64,000 nucleotides of DNA from an uncultured Spirochaetota bacterium (GCA_963781885.1 CAWAHW010000004.1:512001-576000); one strand, 5' to 3'; counted from the first letter of the stretch, positions 9,741 through 19,605 are shown. Notes: generated by a model not told the origin, from the sequence alone. Numbers and translations are program-made.

Positions 9741-11344
9741 GATCGGGCGCGGCGGCACTGATGGTGGCGGCCCTGGTGCTCACGGGTTGCGCCACTCCTG
9801 CCCCGCGGACGGCTGACGATGGAAAAGCACGCGTCGACTCAGAGGTGACGGCGGCCGCGCTGCTTGTTGGAATCGGCTCGCCGCAGAGCCTGGACGACGC
9901 CGCACGGATCCTGGGCCAGCAGGGAATCGCGCGCGACCCGCGGGCTGCCGGCATCGCCGACTTCGGGGCCGGCCTCTGGGCAAAGCTCCTGCCCGCGCTG
10001 GACAACCCCTTTGCCGGCGCCGCGCCCGCATCGGAAGATGATGCGGTGGCAGCCTTTCCCTTCCTGGGCACCCTCGGCACGGCGGTGCGCGCTCTTGAGC
10101 TGCCGGCACCAGCGGATGAAGCGACGCTTGCCGCCCTGGACGATTCCCTTGCGCAGACGGAAGGCTTCTTCGGCGGCTCGGCGCTTGTGCCCTACCTGCG
10201 CGGCCGCATGATGCTTCTTCGCGGCAAGCCGGTCAGGGCTCGCGAGCTCTTCGAAACATCATGGAGCAGGGCACAGGGCTTCTATCCTGCTGCCGCGGAG
10301 ATCTCCGCGCTCATTCTTGCCAATGGCACCGCGTCGACCGAGCTCGCCCTGCTCCAGAAGCTGGCCGCGGCACTTCCTTCCCCTCAGCGCTTCGACGTTC
10401 TTGCGCGCGCTTATCTCGAGACCGGAAAGCCAGACCGGGCCGCCGATGCGGCCGCCCAAGGCCTGCTCGCCGCACCGGACGATCCCCATTTCGCCCTTCT
10501 CCGGGCGGAAGCGATCGACGCGCAGGGCAACTGGTACGAGGCCACGCGCATCCTCGACGCCCTCCTCCAGTTTGCGCCGGACCAGCCTGCTGCGATCCTT
10601 GTAAAGGCGCGTATCATCTACGAGCGCGAAAAGAACGCCGCCCAGGCGCTGCAGATCCTGCAGGATGCACGGACCCGGTATCCCGCGGACCCCGGGTTTC
10701 CTGAATTGCAAGGGAGGATACTCCTGGAGACGGGAAGGGCCGCGGACGGCGTCGCGGCGCTCACGCAGGCGCTCGCAATCGAGCCGGCGCGGCACACGAC
10801 GCTGACCCTTCTCCTGCGCCAGGCAGTGCAGGCCGGAAGCTGGAACGAGGCATCGTCATACCTCGACCGCATACCCGAATCGGCGCGCTCTCCGGACGAT
10901 CTGCGCCTCGCGTGGCGCATGGCAACCGGCATGGGCGACCATGCGCGCGCGGCGGGTTTCGCTCGTGACCTGGAATCGCGCGGCGCGGGCGCGGCAGCGA
11001 TGGCCCTGGAAGCCCGGTCCCTCATCGCATCGGGCCAGACAGCGAAGGCGTTGGGTGTTGTCGATGCGGCGCTGCCGCAGGCGGACGCCGCGCTGCGTTC
11101 CGAGCTGTACGCCATCCGCGCCGCGGCAGGCTCGGCGGACCCGGCAAGCGATCTGCGGCACAGCTTGCAGATCGATCCCGATAACGCCGAGGCGCTCGTG
11201 GCACTTTCCGATCTTCTTGTGTCCCAGCAGGACTTCCGCAAGGCAGCCGGCTACGCGCGGCACGCCGCCGAGCTTTCACCCGACAATGCCGCGCTCGCGG
11301 CGCGGGCGGCCGCGCTGGAAGCCCAGGCGGAAACGCAGAAATAG
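9737..11344 (+). CDS. TPR lipoprotein
   Basis: GTG 9737 overlaps the upstream TGA; lipobox VLTGC; multiple TPR repeats. Confidence 0.8.
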   Translation: MRSGAAALMVAALVLTGCATPAPRTADDGKARVDSEVTAAALLVGIGSPQSLDDAARILGQQGIARDPRAAGIADFGAGLWAKLLPALDNPFAGAAPASEDDAVAAFPFLGTLGTAVRALELPAPADEATLAALDDSLAQTEGFFGGSALVPYLRGRMMLLRGKPVRARELFETSWSRAQGFYPAAAEISALILANGTASTELALLQKLAAALPSPQRFDVLARAYLETGKPDRAADAAAQGLLAAPDDPHFALLRAEAIDAQGNWYEATRILDALLQFAPDQPAAILVKARIIYEREKNAAQALQILQDARTRYPADPGFPELQGRILLETGRAADGVAALTQALAIEPARHTTLTLLLRQAVQAGSWNEASSYLDRIPESARSPDDLRLAWRMATGMGDHARAAGFARDLESRGAGAAAMALEARSLIASGQTAKALGVVDAALPQADAALRSELYAIRAAAGSADPASDLRHSLQIDPDNAEALVALSDLLVSQQDFRKAAGYARHAAELSPDNAALAARAAALEAQAETQK

Positions 11345-11347
11345 CGG

Positions 11348-11785
11348 CTAAACCTGTTCCAGGTGGTGGCGGACGTGGCGCAGGTAATCGGCCACGAGCG
11401 CGTCGAGCGCCAGGGGTTCCCCCGCGCCGATGCGGCACGGCACGGACAGCTTCGCCTGCGGAATCCGCTCCACGACGTGCGCGATGTGCCGATTGACGGC
11501 GATCCAGAGCGCGACAAGCTCGGCCCAATCCTCTTCCACGTAGCCCTGGCAGCTCACCCATTCATTCTGCGTGTATCCCGGGAAATCCAGCGTGTCCGCA
11601 AGCTGCGCGCGCACGAAGCGCTGGTGATTGTTCACGGCCGAGTCGATGAGATGGCCGACGACCTCCCGGCGGCTCCACTTCCCCGGGGCGCGCGGCGCCG
11701 CGGTCCCCGTCGCGGAGATGCCTCGCAGGCGCGCACCTTCAGCCTGGACGAGCGTGCGGATCTCTTCTGCGTATGACGAGCTCAT
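11348..11785 (-). CDS. DinB/YfiT family metalloprotein
   Basis: GKWSRREVVGHLIDS and terminal HVRHHLEQ. Confidence 0.85.
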   Translation of the reverse strand: MSSSYAEEIRTLVQAEGARLRGISATGTAAPRAPGKWSRREVVGHLIDSAVNNHQRFVRAQLADTLDFPGYTQNEWVSCQGYVEEDWAELVALWIAVNRHIAHVVERIPQAKLSVPCRIGAGEPLALDALVADYLRHVRHHLEQV

Positions 11786-11860
11786 GCGCCGATGCTAAAC
11801 CCGCGGTGCACGCCGGTCAACCGACCGCCGACCGTCCTGAAGGCGGACAGGCACAGCCCG

Positions 11861-11996
11861 GGGGCTCAGCGCGGCCGCGGTAGCTTGCACGGTACTCTGT
11901 GCAGTTCCGCGGCATTTGGGACTAGCGCGGCCGCGGTATCCCGCGGCATTTGGGGCTAGCGCGGCCGCGGTATCCCGCGGCATTTGGGGCTAGCGC
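11861..11996. repeat. 34-bp palindromic tandem repeat (about 2.6 copies plus a degenerate upstream partial)
   Basis: CCGCGGCATTTGGG(G/A)CTAGCGCGGCCGCGGTATC at 11907-11940 and 11941-11974, partial at 11975-11996, degenerate at 11861-11884. Confidence 0.9.
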
Positions 11997-13282
11997 CGCA
12001 ACGCCTCCCGTGCGGCCGGGGTGAGGGCGGCGCGCACCGCGGGCTTCCGGGAGAAGAAGAACAGCGACACGGCGCCGACTGACAGCAGTCCGCCGATCAG
12101 CCAGAAGATGCCGTGGAGCGGCAGCGTGCCCGTTGCGTACAGCCAGGTCCCGATGGCGGGTCCCACCAGGCCGCGCACGCCGTACAGCGTCGTGTTCAGG
12201 CCGAAATAGAGGGAGAAATTGCCCATGTCGGACAGCGCGATCATGCAGAAGAGAGGCACGAGGTCCCAGCCGGCATTCGTAATCCCCGAGAGGATGCTCA
12301 TGGCCAGGAGCTGCGGAGCCGTGCGCGTGAGGGCCATGGAGAAATAGCGCCCCGCGAACAGCATGACGACGAGCGCCAGAACGCGGAAGGGGTTCGTTCT
12401 TTTGAGCGCCCGGGCCCAGAACCAGTAGCCGACGATGCTCGCCAGGGACACGATGGTGCCAAGGTAGAAACTGGCCTCCCCATAGCTCAAGTGGAGGACA
12501 TCGACCATCCAGACCGGCTCCAGGGAGACGGAGAACTTGTCGGGAAAAGCGCAGAGGAACATGAGCGCCAGGAACGAGAGAAAGAGCCGGTTCCGCCGCA
12601 GCATGCCGAGCGTGGCGCGCGCCGGCCGGGGCGCCTGCGCGGCGGCAAGGAGCGGTCCCTTGCGCACCTTGATCCTGCCGAAGGTGAAGCTTGCAAGCAC
12701 ACCGAAGAACGCGGCGACGAGAAAGAGCCATCGCACGATCGCCTCGTCGGCGGCGAGGACGATACCCGCGACCGATGAGAAGGACGCGGAGACAATGACC
12801 ACGAGGATGCGCACATTGCCCATGAGTCGCCCGCGGTACGCGTCGCTGTAGTTCGTCCGCATGATGCTGCCGTACGCGGGCCCGCTCAGGTTGAGGAGAA
12901 TGTAGAAGCCCGAGGCGACGACGAGATACGACAGCGGTGACGAGGCGACGGCAAGGAGCCCGATGAGCCCGCGGCACAGGACGTTCGGCCAGACGGCCCA
13001 GGGCATCTTTTTGCCCCGGTCGGCGAGTCGACCGACAAAGACTCCCAGGAGCGCGCCAGCGAACTGGGACGTCAGCATGATGGTGATCGCCTCCGGGCTC
13101 ATGCCGATCCGGCGGGCGACAATGGGAATCAGGGGGATGGCGATACCGGCGAATATCCCGTAGAAGACCGACGACCGCAGATCGGTCGCATAGGTGATGC
13201 GGTCGGTGAGCGGAAGACGGGAAAAGTAGTCCTTGAGTGTCACGCGCGCGGCGAGCTCACGCCCGCCACTCGTGGGCGGCAA
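11990..13282 (-). CDS. MFS transporter
   Basis: About 12 hydrophobic segments; motif A GRLADRGKK; start uncertain. Confidence 0.85.
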   Translation of the reverse strand: MPPTSGGRELAARVTLKDYFSRLPLTDRITYATDLRSSVFYGIFAGIAIPLIPIVARRIGMSPEAITIMLTSQFAGALLGVFVGRLADRGKKMPWAVWPNVLCRGLIGLLAVASSPLSYLVVASGFYILLNLSGPAYGSIMRTNYSDAYRGRLMGNVRILVVIVSASFSSVAGIVLAADEAIVRWLFLVAAFFGVLASFTFGRIKVRKGPLLAAAQAPRPARATLGMLRRNRLFLSFLALMFLCAFPDKFSVSLEPVWMVDVLHLSYGEASFYLGTIVSLASIVGYWFWARALKRTNPFRVLALVVMLFAGRYFSMALTRTAPQLLAMSILSGITNAGWDLVPLFCMIALSDMGNFSLYFGLNTTLYGVRGLVGPAIGTWLYATGTLPLHGIFWLIGGLLSVGAVSLFFFSRKPAVRAALTPAAREALRR

Positions 13283-14207
13283 GCCATGCGACGGACTCAG
13301 AGACTCCCTGGAAGGAGCTGTAGCGCGGGTGGTAGCCGAGGAGACGCGCCGCCTTCTCGATGCTGCAGCACGGGCTGTGGGCGATGTGGTCCCAGGTTGC
13401 CGCCGCGTCGCGCTCGGACACGGTGGACTTCCATTCGTCCCATGGAAGAAACGCGAGTGAAGGCTCGTGGCCGAACCACGCGAACATCCGCTCCGCGTAT
13501 CCCCGCAGCGTCATGGCGGCGGGTGAGACGGCGTGGAAGCTCTCACCGACCGCCGTGCTCCGGTTGGCGAGTGCCGCGCAGAAAAGCTGCGCGACGTCGT
13601 CGGCATGCACGTGGTGGACTGTCTCCATGCCGAGGTTGGGAAGCGCGAGCTTCTTCCCCTCCGCGATGGACTTCCAGGTCTCGATATTGAAGTGTCCCGC
13701 GGGATTCAGGGGGACCCATCCGGGCCCCACGATGTGCCCGGGGTGGACCAGCGTCGCGGGAAACCCGCTGCGATGGGCGGTATCAAGAAGCCAGGCCTCC
13801 ATCTTCGCCTTGTTCACGCCGTAGTCTCCGAAGGGCGCACGGGACATGGCCTCGGTGGTCGGAACGACCTCGCTGTGTCCGTGGACCCAGATCGTTCCGC
13901 AGCAGAGGTAGTGCCCCACTCGCCCGCGCAGCGGCTCGACGACCTGCGCCGTGCTCTCCTGGGTGAAGCAGATCAGGTCGATGACGACGTCCGGCGAAAG
14001 ACGGGCAACACGCTCCCCGAATGTTCCCTCCGCCTCCTCCTTTGCCCGATCGATGGTGATCCTTTCCACGGAACGCCAGATGCCCGCATCGTGATACGGC
14101 GCGCGCGCGCCGCGGCTCAAGGCAACCACGTGGTGCCCGTCCCCGACCAGGCGCGGAACCAGGTACGTGCCGATGTGTCCGGTGGCCCCGATGACGACGA
14201 TCCTCAT
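13257..14207 (-). CDS. NAD-dependent epimerase/dehydratase family protein
   Basis: GATGHIG Rossmann motif; YGVNK catalytic YxxxK; VHADDVA. Confidence 0.88.
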   Translation of the reverse strand: MRIVVIGATGHIGTYLVPRLVGDGHHVVALSRGARAPYHDAGIWRSVERITIDRAKEEAEGTFGERVARLSPDVVIDLICFTQESTAQVVEPLRGRVGHYLCCGTIWVHGHSEVVPTTEAMSRAPFGDYGVNKAKMEAWLLDTAHRSGFPATLVHPGHIVGPGWVPLNPAGHFNIETWKSIAEGKKLALPNLGMETVHHVHADDVAQLFCAALANRSTAVGESFHAVSPAAMTLRGYAERMFAWFGHEPSLAFLPWDEWKSTVSERDAAATWDHIAHSPCCSIEKAARLLGYHPRYSSFQGVSESVAWLAAHEWRA

Positions 14208-14262
14208 GGATTATGGATGATAGCCCCCGTGCGGCATCGCGCCAAGGAGGCGGACGGGGAGG

Positions 14263-16499
14263 TCACTTCGCGGCGGCGAACAGATAGGTGATGCAGTCGC
14301 GGACGACCACCTGGAAACGGCTTTTGCCCTGGCGCAGCTCACGGATAAAATCCTTGGGGCAGGTGTCGTCGCACTGCCCGTTGTTGAGGACGTGCCGCGC
14401 AAAACAGCCGAAGCCGTAGAACAAGGGTGGCGTGAAATCGGCGGAGATCCGTACCAGGGGCACAGCGCCGGGGACTGGGTCTGCGGCGGGGGCGGCCGGG
14501 CGCGCGGCGCCCTCCTCCAGCCATTCGTAGGCGAAGAGCAGCCGCGGCACGATCCTGGTCACCAGATCGAGCGCGCGGCGGTTCGCCATATAGAGAAAGA
14601 AATCCGCGAAAAACCATGCGTTCGGCTGCGTCTGAAGCTGCCGCGCGAGCTCGATGTGCGACAGGTTGTTCAAGCCGAACGCGAGCCGCGTTTCGGGGTG
14701 CCCTTCCGCCAAGCGCCGCAGGGCGGCACTCCATACCCCATCTGCCGTGATGACCGGAGGGATGGGGAGCCATCGGAAACCGGCCAGCTCAGGAAGCCGG
14801 TCGATGGAAAGCGCGCCCGGATCGTTGCCGACAAACGGGACCGGGGACACCCCCTCAGGGACCAGAAGCTCGCGATGCGCCAGCCTCACGAGTTCCTCGG
14901 GTTGAAGCGGCGACGCAATGGGATTATCCCGCGGCGGCAGCGGGGCGTCCGTCCTGCCGAGGCCGACGCCCGGACGCTCCGTTTGGAGAAAATCGTAATA
15001 ATCGTTTTTCGCCTTCTTCAGCTCAGAAGGCGGAACAAAGATGCCGTTGTCATCGAGACCAGTGTCGTTCGAGAAAGTGATCCTGCCCGGCCTGAAGAGC
15101 GAATCCCCTGATTCTTCGAGCAGCGCGGAAAGAATCGGGGCAAAGGGCCGCGGCCGCGCCGCCTTGTCGACCGTCACCGTGGTCTGAAAGTGCGACGCGC
15201 CTGCCGCCTGGATGTCCAGCGTCCCGTCCGATGCCAGGCGCACATCCAAGTCGATCGCCACCTTGTAGAGGGGAAAGCCCGCCTCCCGCGGCTCCGGCAG
15301 ATCGAGGAAGCGCGACGACAGGTGCCGGATCTGCTGGCCCTTGCGCGGCAAGTCCGGTCCTGCGTCGACGGGGACCCCGACCGCCACCGTCTCTCCCGCG
15401 CGGGCAAAGGAGACCTCGCGGCCCGCCCTGCGGATGAGGGTCGCCGCGAATGTCACCGGTTCGCGCCGGCCTTCGACGAAGTAGGCGATGCCGTCGTGCA
15501 GCGAGAGATCGCCTTCCAGCCGTACCGTGAAGTCCCTCCCCTGCAGGGAGGAGACGGTGCCGAGGAGCGCGCCCCGGTGCCCGGAAAATCCTTCTGGAGG
15601 AGCGCTGATCCGTGGGGAGAATGGAGCCAGCCCGTGGTCTTTTCCCGCGCAAAACCGAGCTCGGCTTTCCGCCTGAGGGCCTGGTATTCCTCCTCGGACA
15701 ACCCCTCCCCTTTGTCGAGGATGCTCCTGTACAGCCGTGTCACGTTGAAAACGTATTCGGGCGATTTCATGCGGCCCTCGATCTTCAGTGAATCGATGCC
15801 GGCCGCCGCGAGCGCGAGAACGTCCCTGCCCAGGAAAAGATCTCGGCAGGAAAAGAGGTAGCCTTCGAGGCTTTGCTCGGCATCGGACTCTCCGTGGTAG
15901 AGGCTGCGGCATATCTGCGCGCAGTCGCCCCTGTTGCCGGACCTTCCCGTGAGCGCCCAGGAGGCAAGACAGAGGCCGGAAAAGCTGTAGCAAAGGGCGC
16001 CATGGATGAAGACCTCCAGCTCGATGTCCGGGACCGCGTCACGCAGCTCACGGATCCGCGTGAGGGGAAGCTCGCGGGAGAGGATGACGCGTCGGATCCC
16101 CAGCTCTTTTGCCACGCGCAGACCGGCCTCGTTGTGGAGGGCCATTTGCGTCGAGGCGTGGATGGGCAGACGGGGAAAGCTCTGCGCCAGAAGATCGCAG
16201 ACCCCCAGGTCCTGGACGATGACGCCATCCACCGCGAGCGCCTGGAGCAGCCCGAGTGACTCCGCCAGCGCGTCCATCTCCGACTCGCGGACGACGGTGT
16301 TCACGGTGACGTAGACGCGTCTGCCCTTGTCCGCCGCGAGCTGCCGGATGCGGCGGAGCTGCTCGAAAGTGAAGTTCTGCGCGGCCCGACGCGCGGAGAA
16401 GTCCTTCATGCCGAGATAGACGCCGTCGGCGCCGGCATCGAAGGCGGCGAGTGCCGACAGGAAGCTCCCGCCCGGTGCAAGGAGCTCCGGCTTCCTCAC
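14263..16499 (-). CDS. Peptidase U32 family protein (RlhA-like RNA hydroxylation), frameshift near 15583
   Basis: PELLAPGG, HASTQ, EVFIHGALCYSFSGLC, SGNRGDCAQICR, LKIEGRMK. One added base restores ...KDFPGHRG... and joins the 14263 frame. Confidence 0.8.
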
Positions 16500-17605
16500 G
16501 CCGGGCCTCGCAGCTTCGCGACCGCCTCCACGTGGGAGGTCTGGGGATAAAAATCGAAAAGACGCAGATCGTCCAGGACGAAGCCGCCGGTCACGAGCTC
16601 GCCCAGGTCGCGCGCGAGCGTGACGGGGTTGCAGGAGACGTAGACGAGCCGTCGCGGCGCCGCCTCCCGCAGCCACGCGCGCACGGCGGGGCCGAGCCCC
16701 ACGCGGGGCGGGTCGACCACCACGGCATCCAGCCGCCCCCCCGCGGCGGTGATCCAGTCCTCGACACTGACGGGGTAGAACTCGTTCACGTCGCCCGTCA
16801 CATTGCGGCGGGCATAGGCAAGGCTCGTGGTGCTCGACTCCACGCAGATGACGCGGGAAAAATCCGCCGCAAGGAAGGCGCCGAACAGCCCGACGCCGGC
16901 GTACAGGTCCGCCGCCGCGTCACCGCGGAGGCCCTCCAGCGCCCAGGAGATGAGCGCCGGCAGCACGGCAAGATTCGACTGGAAGAAGCAGCCGACGGAA
17001 AAGAGGATCTCGCGGCCGGCGACGGTGACGCAGAGATCGCGGTCGTCGTCCCTGCCCTCCACGGCGAGCAGCTCCCCGGCGGCGAACGCGGTGAAACGAT
17101 CACGGCCCGGGGGCGCCGGCACCGCTCCCGAGAAAAGGAGGTCGACGGCGGGCGCGACGATGGGGCAGTGCCCGACGGTGACGAGCCGACGCGAGCCCGC
17201 GCCCATGTAGCCCAGCCCCGCTTCCGCCCGATGGATCTGCGCGCGGTTGCGCGAGGCGAATGGCGGCGACGGCACGATGTCGATGTCCTCCCGATCGATG
17301 CGACCCGTGCGCCGCAGCGCCTCGCGGACGATCGACGCTTTCTGCCGCAGCTGCTCGTCGTAGCTGATGTGCAGCCAATCGCATCCCCCGCAGGTCCCCG
17401 CGTAGCGGCAGCCCGGGCTTACGCGATGGGATGACGGCTTGCAGACCGCCCCGAGCGCCGCCCTGTCGAAATCGCGGCGATGCTCGTCGATCGTGACGTC
17501 GACCAGCTCGCCGGGAAGCACGCCGGGGACGAAGACCGCCTTGCCGTCCAGGAATGCAAGACCCTCTCCGCCGGCGACGAGCTTGACGATCGAAAGCGTT
17601 TTCAC
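16496..17605 (-). CDS. TrmA/RlmD-family RNA (uracil-C5)-methyltransferase with TRAM domain
   Basis: CRYAGTCGGC, FFQSN, DLYAGVGLF, VVDPPR, YVSCNP, DFYPQTSHVE; GTG start overlaps upstream stop. Confidence 0.9.
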   Translation of the reverse strand: MKTLSIVKLVAGGEGLAFLDGKAVFVPGVLPGELVDVTIDEHRRDFDRAALGAVCKPSSHRVSPGCRYAGTCGGCDWLHISYDEQLRQKASIVREALRRTGRIDREDIDIVPSPPFASRNRAQIHRAEAGLGYMGAGSRRLVTVGHCPIVAPAVDLLFSGAVPAPPGRDRFTAFAAGELLAVEGRDDDRDLCVTVAGREILFSVGCFFQSNLAVLPALISWALEGLRGDAAADLYAGVGLFGAFLAADFSRVICVESSTTSLAYARRNVTGDVNEFYPVSVEDWITAAGGRLDAVVVDPPRVGLGPAVRAWLREAAPRRLVYVSCNPVTLARDLGELVTGGFVLDDLRLFDFYPQTSHVEAVAKLRGPA

Positions 17606-18231
17606 GCGAAGAAATGCTCCTCCACCGCCGCGCACAGACAATGGTAGACTGGCAGGTGCAGCTCCTGGATCTCGAAGGTCCTCCGCGCGGGCACACTGAT
17701 GAGGATGTCGCAGAGGGAGGCCATCTCCCCGCCCCCCCTTCCCGTGAGCCCGACGGTCGTCATGCCGACGGCCCGCGCGACGACGAGCGCCGCGCGCACG
17801 TTCGCGGCGTTGCCCGACGTGCTGATGCCCAGCAGCACGTCGCCTTTGTTCCCGTAGCCCAGCGCCGCCTGCGCGTAAGAAAACGCGGCATTCACGTCGT
17901 TGCCGAAGGCCGTGGAAAGGGCGGTGTGGGCCGCGAGATTCATGGCGGGAAGACCGGTCTGGAGTTGGGAGGCAAGCTGCGGACCGAGCGCGGGGTCTGC
18001 CGCGCGCAGGAGAGCCTGCGTGTCCCGCGCGAGGGGTCGGGGCTTCAGGTATCCCTTCATCAGCTCCCCCACGATGTGATCGGCGTCCGCGGCGCTTCCT
18101 CCGTTGCCGCACACCAGAAGCTTTCCGCCCGCGGCAAAACAGGCGATCAGCGCTTCCGCCGCGGCCCGTATCCGGTCCTGGCACTCTGCCAGGACCGGGT
18201 AGCGCTGGATGAGCTCGGTGAGCTGTGTCAT
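17602..18231 (-). CDS. SIS-domain phosphosugar isomerase (GmhA-like)
   Basis: CGNGGSAADADH, GISTSGN, IQELH. Confidence 0.88.
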   Translation of the reverse strand: MTQLTELIQRYPVLAECQDRIRAAAEALIACFAAGGKLLVCGNGGSAADADHIVGELMKGYLKPRPLARDTQALLRAADPALGPQLASQLQTGLPAMNLAAHTALSTAFGNDVNAAFSYAQAALGYGNKGDVLLGISTSGNAANVRAALVVARAVGMTTVGLTGRGGGEMASLCDILISVPARRTFEIQELHLPVYHCLCAAVEEHFFA

Positions 18232-19241
18232 GTTTCCGACTCCCCGCGTCCCGGTTCCCCTTCGCGCGCGCGACCGTCCATCGCGACGGAGAGGCACGCA
18301 TAGTCCCCGATGCCCTCTCCCAGCGCGGCGGGCAATACCGCGCAGACGCGCGCTGCGCCGGCAAGGGCTTCCCGCCTGATCTCCGTTTCCATCGCCGGCC
18401 GGAGAAACTGCTCGCAGCGCGTGAAGATGCTGCCGATCACGATGCGCTGGGGGTTGAGGATGTCGATGATCAGCGCCAGGCCGCGGCCCAGCTGCCGCCC
18501 GCATTCGGCGAGGATCTCTATCGCCAGGGCGTCACCCCTCGCGGCGGCCTCGCCTACGTGACGGGCGGTGATCCCGGCGAGCGCGTGCCTGTCGGGACAG
18601 AAAAGCGGCGCGCGGCCGGTCTCGAAAGCCCGCTCCGCGGCCGTGCGGGCGAGCTTCGCGATGCCCCCGCCGCTGCAGAATCCCTCGAAAGAGCCCTGCT
18701 TGGCGTAGCCCTCGGGGCCCTCCTCGCTGAGCCGCATGTGTCCAACCTCACCGGCGAGATCGTTCGTGCCCTCGTAGAGCCTTCCGTCGAGGATGAGCCC
18801 CGCGCCCATGCCGGTGCCAAAAGTGAGGAAGACCATGTTGCGCGTTCCGCGACCCGCGCCGAAACGCCATTCGGCAAGGGCGCACGCATTCGCGTCATTC
18901 TGGAGGTATGCGGGGCAGTCCAGCGCCTGGCCGAGCTCGCGGGTTATCGGCACGTCGTCCCAGCCCGGGAGATTGGGAGGTCCCTGGATGAGACCCGCGC
19001 GGCTGTCCAGCGGTCCGCCGCAGCTCACGCCGACGGAGGAAAAGTGCTCGCCGTCCGCATACGCGCGCGCGAGCCGCCGCGCCTCCGCGGCGACTGCCTG
19101 CACGACGCCGCGCCAGGACCGCGCATGCGGTTCCGTGGGGAACGCGGCACGGCCGAGTATCGACATGCCGTCGCGCGCCGCGCGGCCCACGACCACGGCG
19201 GTTTTCGTCCCGCCGATATCCACACCAAGCAGAATCCCCAA
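18228..19241 (-). CDS. ROK family sugar kinase
   Basis: GVDIGGTKT, NDANACALAE, GTGMGAG, AGEVGH; TTG start after SD GGAGG; no N-terminal HTH. Confidence 0.88.
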   Translation of the reverse strand: MGILLGVDIGGTKTAVVVGRAARDGMSILGRAAFPTEPHARSWRGVVQAVAAEARRLARAYADGEHFSSVGVSCGGPLDSRAGLIQGPPNLPGWDDVPITRELGQALDCPAYLQNDANACALAEWRFGAGRGTRNMVFLTFGTGMGAGLILDGRLYEGTNDLAGEVGHMRLSEEGPEGYAKQGSFEGFCSGGGIAKLARTAAERAFETGRAPLFCPDRHALAGITARHVGEAAARGDALAIEILAECGRQLGRGLALIIDILNPQRIVIGSIFTRCEQFLRPAMETEIRREALAGAARVCAVLPAALGEGIGDYACLSVAMDGRAREGEPGRGESET

Positions 19242-19318
19242 TTCCCCCTCCCCCGGCGTCGTGCAGTCTACCACCCCGACGGCGCGCCGCTCAATGACCC
19301 TCCGGCCCCCGGCAGACG

Positions 19319-19364
19319 AGCTACAATTCTGTAGCTTATCGGCGCGGATTCCTACCATCGTGTA
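19319..19364. promoter_or_regulatory. Candidate tandem upstream activator sites (TAC-N6-GTA x2)
   Basis: Perfect inverted repeat AGCTACA-ATTC-TGTAGCT (19319-19336) and degenerate CTACC-ATCG-TGTAT 31 bp downstream. Confidence 0.5.
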
Positions 19365-19440
19365 TGTCGCCCGCTGGCACCGCTTTTCCGATACTGTGAG
19401 CAACTCCTTTACAAGGAATGAATTATCGACATAATGCTTC

Positions 19441-19457
19441 CTGGCATGAAAGTTGCA
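19441..19457 (+). promoter_or_regulatory. sigma54 (-24/-12) promoter of glnA
   Basis: CTGGCATGAAAGTTGCA matches consensus YTGGCACG-N4-TTGCW with one mismatch and correct GG-N10-GC spacing. Confidence 0.85.
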
Positions 19458-19605
19458 TAATCACCATGGGGAGTAATATCCTGCGCCCGTGGCGGGTATT
19501 TCCCCGTTCCCTCCCGAGTTGCTCCAATCGCGACAAAAAGCGAATGGCGTGACAGTGGCCCTCGGCCGAGGCCCGGGGGGGATCATCAAAGCAAGGAGGA
19601 AAAAC

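Noticed and set aside
11861-11996. Possible mini-CRISPR array
   Set aside because: Units are head-to-tail with no unique spacers, there is no leader or cas gene, and the last copy overlaps a CDS end.
19374-19390. Second sigma54 site CTGGCACCGCTTTTCCG
   Set aside because: Good -24 but the essential -12 GC is replaced by CC; not called.
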